Of a DNA stretch of 64,000 nucleotides, positions 1-12,000 are shown piece after piece (the first letter of the stretch is position 1; each line of letters opens with the position of its first letter). The stretch spans positions 283,819 to 347,818 of the forward strand of contig CAYPYS010000001.1 in assembly GCA_964415355.1 (NCBI GenBank), given 5' to 3'. Source of the stretch: an uncultured Planctomycetia bacterium (GTDB lineage Bacteria; Omnitrophota; Gorgyraeia; Gorgyraeales; Gorgyraeaceae). Below the pieces are notes generated by a model. That model saw nothing but the letters and a program-made list of their open reading frames with translations, did no database searches and was not told where the DNA came from. The position numbers and the translations under genes are program-made.

Positions 1-3000
1 ACTCAAAATTTTTAAACCATCTATTTCAAAATCTCCTCTAAATATCGAGGTGTATACCTCTTCAAGCCAATGGAAAAGCTCTGTCTTGCCGCTCAAGAAA
101 CTAAAAAGTCTTATATTTAAATCGAGCCTGTCACGCTTTGGCTGCCAGTCCTTTTCTTTTTCTCCAAAAATAGGGCCTGCGGCAGTTAAATAAAAATCCT
201 TTACGAACTCCACCATCACCTTTTCTTCAAAGCTGAGTGCATCATACTGCTTTTTAAGGTAACGTGTTATCATATTACCGAATTGAAAGTTAAACTGATT
301 ACTTCTGTCTCCCCATAAATCCTCTGCTGACTGTTCTTCCCCCCATAAAATAAAAGTACCCCATGCATTTTCATCAGCACCAAGAGCCAGGTCTTCAGTT
401 AAAACATCATGCTGTTTTAAATCTTGTCCTGAATCCTGAGGTATACGGTATATCGTGCGGGCTATTAAAGAGATTGCGCTCTTTAGAGGCACGCTTAAGA
501 AAAACCCAACTGTGCGCCAGCCAATCAAGGCAGAGTAAATAGAGACAAGGACTGTGGTAATTCTTACAAGATAAGGGCTTACCTGCGTGTTTGCTACTAT
601 CTTGTTCAAGGCCCTGGCCCATTTAAATCCCTGTCCTTTAACAAGAGAACCCACAGCAACTAATATGCTGCCTCCTGTAGAGGTCTCGTCATCCAGCACA
701 AAGAGCCAGGCATTTTTTAGATTGCCTATCCTTAAAGGCTTGTTCTTGCTGATAAAAATCTCATCTTTCTCGATATAAACATCCTTATCAGTTGTCCTGA
801 CCTTGGGCAAATATCCTGTATATATAGGAATGCTTTCAGGAGATATGATATATCTCCTGGAGATCATGATTCTTAGAATATTAGCTGCTTCCTTGACATA
901 GTGAAGCGCCCCTTTATCAGGCGCGAGCAGGACCAAAGGATTTTCTCTCAGCGTATCTATGATCTTATTGCTGCGCCTGAGCATTTCCGGCATATCCATG
1001 ACCTCGCCCTTCTTAGGCAATGATGCCCCGATCTCTTCAGCAAACACCTCAAAGAATAAATATTCAGCCAGCTGCACAAAACCATTGATATTTATCAGGC
1101 GTATATTTTTATATCTACTCAAGGACACAAGGCCGCGCTTTTTGCCCTGGCCTAGCCAAACCCAACCGCTCTCACGGCCATAATGCACATTGTTCGCAAA
1201 ATGAAGGTCTGTCAGCCAATCTAAAAGTAAAAGCATTGCCCCGGCTGAGATCACATCACCTTTTTTATCAGCCCTGTCCTTGCGCGCAAGGCCTTCATAG
1301 GTATCTATAAGCGAAATATGATTTACCCCAGCCCTGCGTAATTTGACAAGCGCCAGCAGCAGATAAATGACATTCTGGCTGTTCTCCGTAGAATGTATAA
1401 TAGCCACATCATCGCCCTTTTGTATATCCAAAGGAAGCGCAATATCATAATGAGCATTGCCATGATCGATGATCTGTATCATGCCATCCCTTGCCTTGAG
1501 ATTTTCAGCCACTCTCTGGGATTCAGCCTCAAACCTTGGTTGAATGCACAGTATCTTCTCTAGCGGGCCTCTAGGCATACTCTTGCTTCGACTTCTAGAA
1601 ATAGAAACTTCTTCTGTCCATTCTGTGCCATCGCTGCACATAACTTCATCGCCAGCATATCTCATCAACTCCAACAATATCTCATCGTCTTCCAGGATTT
1701 TTCCTGCCTCATCTCTTCGCGGCCTCCAGCTTAATAGTTTCAAAACAGCCTTCTTGGCTTTATATAATTTTGAGCCATCTGCGAGCAGGAGCACGGCAAG
1801 CACATTGTCATTCGAAGTCAACCCATCTTCAGAAACCAAACTTCGCTCAAGCTCTGCTTCAGACCCTCTAAGCTCTCGATAATTACTGATATTAATATTA
1901 GGCTCCCTATCCGCAAACTGCCCATACGTATACCTTAAGTTTACACTCTTACGTTGTTGAAGTGTAAACTCAAGGAGAAAAACGACGATTGCAACTGCTA
2001 GGACCATTACGATTACACACATAACAACTAGCATAACAATCCTGCCATCAGACCAGCCAATCATTTCGTTAAAGGCTAAATATAATGCTGCGTTATTGAA
2101 AAAGCCTGTATTACGGCTAGTTGGAGATACTTGTATATCGTATTTATGACTTCTGCCTTTTATGTCGCTAAGAGAACTAGCGCTACCGCAATGATCTAAA
2201 TGTTGTTTAACAGGAGCACTTATAGTAGCACTCTTTAACATAGCTAATACAATGACTACGGCTCTTTCTTCAGGAAAAACTCTTGCATAGACTCTTCTGC
2301 TACCTCTTTGTATTTCATAGAGACCGTGCTGCCTGCCATATTTCTTTGGAAATTTACTGTTAGAAGGATTAGCCAGTAAAGTCTCTAGCTTTCTTTGATA
2401 TTGCCTGGCTGAATAGTCACACTTATCAGTAACAGAATATACTTTAAATGTTAGCTTTTGCCTTTTTGAGCCTTGCTGTCGTAGAGATGAATTAATATAT
2501 TTCTCTCTAACTGGCCTATTTCCTCTGTTTCGTTTATTAGACTCTGGAGGCGGATCCTTGATTACATCTGATACCACTACATAAGGTTCTGGTTCACTCC
2601 TGCCTGTTTCGCCTATTGCTTCTTCCTCTTTTTTTCGAATATCAATCAAAAACTTTATAGGACGCCATATTGGCCAGGTTAATATCTTTAAGGCTTTAAA
2701 TATAAAAACAAATATTTCCCCTAAAACCTCAAAGACCCTCTGCATAAAATCCCATACTGGCAAGATAATATTTCCATATATCCATTTAATCCCTGAAAAA
2801 ACAGGAAGTATAAAATTGAAAAACAGACTAACAATGGCCAATGCACCAATAGCCATAACCATCATAATATTCTGTCCTGGTGTAAGGTTTTCTATTCTTG
2901 CTTCTATAAAGCCGATAACTAATACGACAAGTAAAGCTGTTACTATTGGAATTCCTATAACATCCCCTAATAGCGTATCAAGAAATCTATGCCTTACTTT

Positions 3001-6000
3001 ATTCCTTTCAACACACATCTTAATACCCTGCACTATCATCATTGAAACTAAGATAATAAGAGGCACGGCCCATATCAAATTATCAGCATTAAGGGGTGGG
3101 GCGTGGCGCCAGATGGCGTAGAGCAGGGCAGTTAATCCTACGATGAAATGCGAAGAAACCCTCCCAGAAGGATTTCTTATTTTGTCTATTATTCTTTCTG
3201 TATTTACCCTAGTACAACCCAAGCCCACGAGTACATCGTCGCTTAGATCGGGCAAGGCTATCTTAGCCTCTTTAAGCATGGCACGGCCTTCCTCGATAGC
3301 CCAGCCTCTAACATCAAGCGGCTCCATCAGATTCCATGCTATAGCAATATATACTTCTCCTGCGTCAGCCAAATCCAATCTACTTCTTGCAACGTCTAAC
3401 AGGAAACCTTCTTCTATATGAGGCTCTAGTTTGGTATTTAGTATTTTTTCTAGTATCGCCTTTCCTTTTTTAGCAGCCTCTTCTAATCTATTCTTGGTCT
3501 CAGCCTCTCTGAAAGTCATTAAAACCAATTTTGTCCTGGGCAATTTCGCTTCAGACCTAATCTCTTCAATTCGCTGCGGAGGCATAACCACCCCTGTCTC
3601 ACATTCTTCTATTATCTGACCTGTCTTCAGGCTATCTGTTAAAGAAGCATGCCTGGTATCTAAATAATAAAATTTTTGCCTTCGGCTGTCATACCTTATG
3701 CTTTCGTGGACCCTGGCATTTAAAAGATCTCGCGTCAACCAGTTTTCGCCATACATAGCAGCTACATCAGCAATAACAGCGCCTTGCGGCACGCGTATAA
3801 CCCTAAAATATCGCTTGCCTCTGTATTCCTTGCTTACAAAAATATAGACCAAATCCTCTATGCCTCCTAAAACTGCGTCAAAGTCCTTAACTGGATCGCC
3901 TGTAAACTCAATATCATCAGGAGTATATTTAAGATTCTTTTCAGTATTTTTCACTGTCCTCTCAACCTTATAAACCCAATGCGCAAGCGGCCCATGATAT
4001 CTATAGTTAAAATACTGTCTCTTGGAAGGAAATATCTGAAATTCAACGGCGATCTCTCTGGATCCAAATTCAACCCACTTACCTGCGTTGAAAGCCCTGT
4101 ATCCTACATCTGCCTCTCTTTTTTCTTCAGTTTGGCCCTTAATATCCTTTTGCCATATATCATAAATAGCCTCTATTGCTCTCCTGTAATCTTCTCCGTT
4201 TTTTGTAACAATCATTATGCCGCCCAAGTCTTTTAATGAAGCTACATCAGGATATTTTTCCTTTTCTATGACCTTTCTATAAGTCCGATACACGCCCTTG
4301 CATCTTCCTAAAACTTCGACTGATTTTATTACTGATTTTTTCAATATAGACTCGACATGCTTGCGCAACTTCTCGACCTCTTCCTTAGCCTCCTCATAAG
4401 TCATGCCAAGAATTTCTTCTATCTCTGCTATTGTCCGCCTATAAGCATCGGCATCATAAAGCTTAAACCATTCATCCTCTAGCGCCTCTGAAACTATATC
4501 AAGGCCGCGGCGTTCCGCAAGCGGAATATACAACTCATGCAATTCAGCCTTTAAATATTCTATTTCTTCTCTAGCATTAGCGTGCCTTATAGTACTTAAT
4601 CTATCCGCAAACGTAATAAGAAGGACCTCAAAGCGCCCTGCTAATTTCAATATCATATTCATCTGGTTATAGGCGTCCCATACGCTAGAATCAAGCAGCT
4701 TATAAGGAAGGGCTCGTATCATAGCATGCCTCTTAGTCATGAGGATCAATTCCTTGATCTGAGCAGGATCCAGAATATTTTCTTCTTTCAAAGAAGATCT
4801 AAGAACAGCGCTATCCAACGGGTGCAATAGACATGTGGCTATAAATAGATCAGGAACTTTTTCTGACCCAAAAGCATATTTATAAAATCTGATAAAGTTA
4901 CGGGTTACTTCTAATACGTGTTCTAAATAAAGCTCTCCGGAAGGATGGATCAGGTCTTTATATTTTTCCTCTGCGAAATCATAGATCTTTTCTATCAACG
5001 AGGTGTCTATAGAGTTTGACAGGATAAAATCTAAAACAGCTTTTTCTCTGCCATTAAACTTTTCTGATTTTTTGACTTCAGGAAAATCTTCCAATAAACT
5101 TGCAAAAACGCCTACTAGATAATCTTCTTTGTTCAAATCAAGATATCGCGCATACACAGATAAATATTGCATTGCTACTGAATGTTCTTCGCCAAATCTA
5201 GGGCTGGGGTTACAGATGCTTTGAACGAGCAGCTGCGGATCAAAATAGCCAGCTCTCATCATATATTGCCTGACAGACAACATTCTTAGAGCATCTCTTA
5301 ATCTACTGAAAGCTACTTTTAAATCATCATTATCTTTTATAGCATCGGCTATGTCTTTTTCCAGCTCAGCATTGAAAATATGCTCTAATAATGCACTATG
5401 CTCTGTTGCTTCTTCTGGGTTATATCTTGCCAGACTGGATATTTCCGGGAATTCTGCCAAACTAAAAAAGACCCTCTCTCTACCTAGAAGCACGGCCACT
5501 GTAAGACATGCTTCTAATGTTTCTGTCCTGACTTTAACCAAGGCCCTGAACTCTTTCAGTCTATCAAGGCGCCTATCTATCGCTACATCAACCATAGTCT
5601 CTGTAACACTCTTTATATCCAAGATATCAGGTGTTATACCTAAAACAGAAAATGCCCTTTCTAGCTCTTCCGTCATAGCCTTTTTTATATATGGCTTTCT
5701 AACGGACAAAGGACTGGATAAGATACGACTAATTTCTCCCCTATGACTTCTTAGGTTATCTTTTCCAGAGACAAATCCATAGTTTATAAAAAGAGTCTCG
5801 AGGCTTTTGGGATCCATAAGTCCCTCTATCAAGCCCATGACATAGTGTAAAGGCCTCTTGTCTCCGAATAATCCAACCTTATCAAATATCTCAACCCTTG
5901 CCTTAGCGTCTATTTGAGAAAGGACAGATGCGATCAAGACAGAAACCCAGCGCTCTCTAAGCTCTGCAACCCGCGGATTCGTTAAAGGAATGTCTTTGTA

Positions 6001-9000
6001 TCCAAAACCAAAAAGTCTCATAATTCTTTTGCATCTTATCTCAATGTTATTGACGAACTTTTTGTCCTTATTCCTTATATCCTGTAAATAGAGAAAAGCC
6101 TTTTCGAATAACAACACCTCTGTCAGGCTTTCGGGAATATTAAATACGTATGCATCTTTTTCAGAACTTAATATATATTCCTCATATTCATTTACTATCT
6201 TCTCTTGAATCTGGAATCGTTCTTCTGTCCTTACAGATTTACTGTTTCCAAAGCCTGCAAGCTTCCTGATCCCCTTTCTTACTTCATGCCTTACCTCTTT
6301 AATCAAATCTCCATATGCCGAAGCCAGTTCTCTATCATTGAATCTTAAGGCATATGCCATAGCAAAATACCCTATCCATAAAAGCGTCACTGCCCCGTCT
6401 AGATTCTCAAGCTGGCTCTCTACGCTCAAAACATCCAACGTCCTAAGACTATGGAGCCTATCAACTAGTTTTAGCATTACGGCTTTGTTTTCATCCTTAT
6501 GCCTTGCCGCTCTATATAATGAACTGTAGAATAAATGCTTTTTTTGATTACCATGTTCGTCTCTTTCGATTGTAAGCAACTCAACATACCTAGCCACCCT
6601 GTCTCCAAAGTTATGCTTTATCTCTCTGACTGTAGCTAAACCATCTTCGGGCAGATCATGTAACAGAGCAGCCATTATAATATCGATATCCAGTTGACCA
6701 AGCACCATAACTATCTCTGCTACAGCCGCAGGATGGCCTATCTCAGGAGTCCCTCTTTTCCTAAAACTGACCTTTTTTACCTGCGCAAGCCTTATAGCTA
6801 AAAAATCATATGCCTTTTTTATTAGCCGCATGTCTCTTTTGTCCACTTTTTCATCAAGAAGTTCTTCGATTCTCTTAAAATAACCCAGTTCAACGCTCTT
6901 GGTTCTAATATAACGTGTTAACAAGATCCCAGAAAAGAACATAATCAAAATCATCATCGAAAATACAACAAGATTTACTATCAGGTTTGGGTCATTTAAA
7001 AATCTATATAAAAGTAACGCGAGGGCCTCCATGGCGATTATTTTTAGCGTCAATAACTGAAACCCTGTAACGATAAGACTTGTAAAACTCGGAATAAATA
7101 GAGGATCCCATCCCCTGGTCTCGATAGTATTCTTTACTAATAAATATATGACCCTCTTTTGTATAAAACTGTCGTATAAATATCTCTTCTCGAGGAACGG
7201 CTTCATTTTTTCCGGGCAAATACGATAAAAGATATGTTCCGAACAATAATCTTCAAACCTAGCTATATTGATATGCTCTTCGTATTTTTCTGTAGCAATG
7301 GCTCGCGGTTTATGTAGCAAGAAACCCAAGATAACCAAAATAACTGGATCAAATACTGTAAGGATAAAGAATAATGCCATTATTAGATATGCAGACATAG
7401 TAACCGGGACCCGTTCTGCGATCAGCGATGTGATCACAAGCAGAAACATTAAAAATAAAGCGACAAAAATAAGATCTCTTTCTCGAAGTCCAGTTAAAAA
7501 TGACCACTGCATTGTTTCTTCTTTTTCACGAACAGGATATACATTCCTGATAAAGCTGGCAGCTATGGCAGTGAAAAATAAAATTAATAATAATAAACCC
7601 AGACCATATGAAAAAATAAAAGAAAACTTGCCAAAGCGAAGAACAAAAATAGACCCTACAAGGATTATAAGTAAGGGCGCTGAAATCCAATATATTATCC
7701 TGCCTATCCTGAGCATAGGGTAACTATTCGCTATAACATGCAAAATAATAGATAGGGCAAAGAACATTGGAATAAATAAGTCTACAGAAGGTTGCAATAA
7801 CCCCAATAATGCCGTGCTGACAATAGTAATAAATAGTCTTCCGTCAGAAAATGCAAAGGTGAGTTTTTCTTTGAAAGAATTTTCTTTTGAGCGAGGAATA
7901 TGCAAGAGGTGCCAGAAAATACGCGCACATAAATATGCTAGAATTACTGGCGGGCCATGCGCAAAGGGTATACCAAATGCTCGGCTTAGCAAGAGAGCCA
8001 GGCCGCAGACAAATATTGCTTCTTCAACAAGGGCTGGCGCAAGCGCCTGGCCTATAAAGCCATGCCCGATCTTATCATATAACCACTGCAGCCATGGAAA
8101 ACGCCCACCAAGAACCTCCAGATCTCCTTGTAGAGATTCTAATTCTTCTTCATATTCAATAAGGTCATCGACCAGGTCCAATGATATAGCAGCCAACAGG
8201 TCGCTAAAAGCCTGCGTTTTGTCATGTTTGTTATCTAAAAATGAAGACAAGGATGCCCCTCCGCTAGATAGCTCAGCCTTAGCTTCATCAGCTCTTGTTA
8301 TACGCGCCTTGGCATTACTAAGATCACCAAAAAGACGTCTTTTTGCTGGGTCTGAATCAGAAGCTTCTACTAAGTCCGCTAATTCATTGCGAGCTCTTTT
8401 TTTATCTTGAACAGCCTCTTTTCTGAACTGGCTTATTTCTTTCGATAATTTTCCCCTGGTGCTTCTTACTTTTCTTCTAGCCTTTGCTATTTCTTTCTGC
8501 TTCTTCCTTATTTGTTTTTGAAGTTCATCATCCTCAGTCATCCCGAATTCAGCAAACATACTCATCTGCCCAGGAGAAACCCTGGTTTTTCCGCGTCCCC
8601 TCCACGCCATCGCAAACATGAAAGCTGTAAAAATCACCATCACAAAATCAGCTCTAAGTATACTTTCAACATTGTTGAAAGTATACTTAAGCAGGGCGAA
8701 GATGATAAAAGGTAGTGCTAGTGAATATAGAGTGATATACTTTTTCTGCACAGCCTCCGATACTCCCTGGCTCTTATAAGTTTCCCAATTAGATGCAGAC
8801 CAGATCTCAATAACCCCACCCACCCCTGCTATAACGACTTTGCTTAATCTCTTTATGCCGGCCTCTTTGCATAATCTACTACCTAATGGTAAACATCCAT
8901 TACTATTAAACCCTTTCCCTCCTTTATCAGGAATAACTCTGATATAAGACAAGCTCTTATCTTCTCCTATCAACAGCTTAACTTTTCCATCTGAAGATCG

Positions 9001-12000
9001 ATCTAATTTATTCCGAATAGCTGCCGGAATTAGAACTCTATATCTAAAATCTAAACGCTTTTTATAATTACTCATAAATACAGAGCCTATGAAAATAGTA
9101 TTATTTGCTAAAGTATAAGGAGAGACAAGTTTTGCAGTCTTGGCAGCGACCACAAGAGCATTAGACGGAGGGAAAAACCAAAGTAGCAAGAAAAAGAAAA
9201 GGCCTACGCATAATCCTATTATAATTAGAACAATGCCTGCTCTTATGCCCATTCTAGTGATATTACTTGCTGCGCCCCGTGCCTCTCCTACTTTGCGAGG
9301 ATCTAAATGCTTTTCATCGATCAATGCTATTTCTTTTTTATCATAACCTCGTCTCTCTAACCAGTTCTTTACAATATGATGTATGCCTCTATAAATTATA
9401 TATAAGACAAGGCCTGCAATAGTTATTATAAGCAAGTTATATAAACTTAACCCTCTCCCCATACTGTAGGTCAGGTTTAAACCTGACCTACAGTATGGGG
9501 AGAGGGTAAGGGTGAGGGGAAAGAAATATAATAGGATTGAGACGAAGTCATTTTTATTTCTTTTTCTTGGAGGGCTTCTGCCAGCATGAAACTTTCGTTC
9601 TTTAGTTCTTAGGGGTGTTTGTCCATGAAATTCTCTCAATGTATCTGCATCCTTTTCGTTTGCAACTGCGATAGTTACTGAGTCTCCTTGCCTAGATCCA
9701 CCATTATTACCTTGATCACTGCCAAAAGAAGTATCTTTCCATGAATCCCTAAGGCGTGGGTCAGGATTATCATTTCCTCTTTTTCTTCTTCTTTTCTTAA
9801 AGCTTTTCTCTATGGCTGGCAGGAATAATTGTTCTGCAAGGCTTAGGGTCAGCTGGGCTTCCAGGTTATCTATTATCTGAAAGCCACCTTCTAAGTCAGT
9901 GATCCAGCCGCTTATAGTAGTATTAGTATCTGTATTATCTCTAGTTATAACATCATCCATTATAGACTCACTTGTAACTAGGCCTTCATCTAGCCTTAAG
10001 TCAGAGCGGGTTACCTCTATAGCGCCCTGGATATCACTTACAGCATCCTGGATCCTCTTCTTGGGAGAATCTAGGTTTTCTACAGCCCTGGTCCTTTTCC
10101 TTATGCTTTCACCTAACTCATCAGGGTCTTTGGTCTCTGATATCTCTGGTAACTCAGGGGATGAGATATCGATATCTATTTTTTTAGGTTTTCCTCCATT
10201 AGTAGGCTCTACTTTTACAGTTACTGTGCCTCCTAATGCCTTTTCTCTTTCCAGCTGGTTTAGCTCCTCAAGGTCTTTCCAGAGTTCATCTATCACTCTT
10301 TCTTCATGAAGCCTTGCTGCCTCTTTAAGGCTCTTTAAGCGTGCTCTTATATCTTTTTGGACCCTTAAGGCTTTTTGTTCAAGGCTGCGTGCTTCTATGA
10401 TGATCCTTTGGGACCTTTCTAAGAGTAAGTCATCGTTTTTATTGAGGCTCGCTATTATTACCTCCACCATTCTTTCTATGTCTTTAACCATACCTTGAGT
10501 AGCCTTATATTCTTCTTCTAAAGAGGCCTTGGCCTGATCTAATCGTTCTTTATTATGGTCATGTTGAGTTTGTGCTTCTAGCCTTAACTCTTCTACCTGG
10601 AGCAGGTGTCCTTTCTTCTTTTCCTCCACTAGCTCTTCCAAGAGCGTTATTCTCTTTACCAGTTCTTTTAAAGCTCCTTGTGAGCTTTTTTGGGTCTTGT
10701 GTAAGAGCGCGGTAGCTCTTCTTCCTATCTCATTGAGGTTCTCCCTTGCTTCTAAGGCTTTTTGCATGACTTCTTCACTTGGGTTATCTAGATCGATCTC
10801 TTCGAGGGCTAAAGTGGCAGTTTTATGCTCTTTTTGTGAGAGAGTAGCTAACTCTAGAGATTCATTATTGGTCCTTTCTACTAATGTCTCTACGCCTCTA
10901 GTGAGAGAAGCTAATTCATCTTTTACGTGGGAATCTGCTTCAGTTAATATGTCATTCATCTCTAGTAATAAGGTATCTATATCGCTGTAGCTTGTTACTA
11001 CCTCATCTGTCAGGCTAAAGACATTGGCTAACCTTAAGGAGAGTTTTTCTATGGCTTCTTTATAAGTAGGTCCTACATTGCTTAAGGCTTTTTCACTCTC
11101 TCTTCCTATATCCAGTGCAGTTTTTAAGAGTTCGCTGAGCCTTGAGGCTATTTTCTCGATATCTTTCTGGTAACTTGAGTGGTCTATGGGTTCAGTTTGT
11201 ATGATCTCCCTTAGAGAAGAGAGTATGGTAACCAGGTTCTCTTCTGCGCCTACTACAATAGTTGATGCCCTCTCGAGTAATGCGTCATTGATCTTTAATG
11301 AATCTAAGGATATAGAGAAGTTAAGGCTTTTCTCTATCCTGGAGAGCCTTTCATCTACTTTATGGATCAGTCTTGTCAGTTCATTTGATAGGTTCTCTAG
11401 CTCTATCTCCCTAGCTTCTAATTCTCCCTCTCTTTGTAGCCTAAGGCTTCTTATCTTTATGCTTAATTCATTTATTTCTCTTATTATATCAGTCAAGGCC
11501 TCTTGTTTTTCTTTTAGGCTTGATACCCAGTTTTGTATCTTCCCTAAAGTCTCTTCTGTCTCTTGATTCATGTTCTCTGTCTCTAGTTGAGCTTTTTCAA
11601 GGAGCGTCTCGACCTCTCTTATGATCGATAGGATCTCTATTTCTATTTCATCTAATTCTTTGGTTACGCTTGTTATATAACTCTCCAGTTCTAATGATGA
11701 CTCTTCTATTTTCTGGGAGTCTTTATTTAAGGAGCGGGTGAGGGTACGCAGTTTTTCAGCATCTATCCCTTTACTCATTATCTCTATCATGTTTTGGTGA
11801 GACTCTTCTATGGCTTCTTTTTTTTCTTTTAGTTTTTTTCTATATTCAGAGACTTGCATTAAAGTTATGATGAATCTAAATAGGTTGGCAAGGTGTCTTG
11901 ATAAGAAGCTTGAAAGAGCTTTTAGCATACTAGCTAGAGTCCTGGTGAAAGTTCTTTCGCTTTTTATTACACTCTTACTAAATAAAACAGGTAGTTCAGT

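Noticed and set aside
9451-9506. 56-bp palindrome interpreted as a Rho-independent terminator between convergent genes
   Set aside because: There is no T-tract after the stem. The minus-strand frame is open and protein-like (hydrophobic TM sequence) straight through and on both sides, and the same frame continues for tens of kb. It is not an intergenic terminator in this context.
9451-9506. Palindrome as an MDA or assembly fold-back chimera
   Set aside because: Cannot be excluded without reads. A chimeric inversion, however, would flip the coding strand on one side, whereas the same strand and frame continue on both sides. I flagged a read-level check in the findings.
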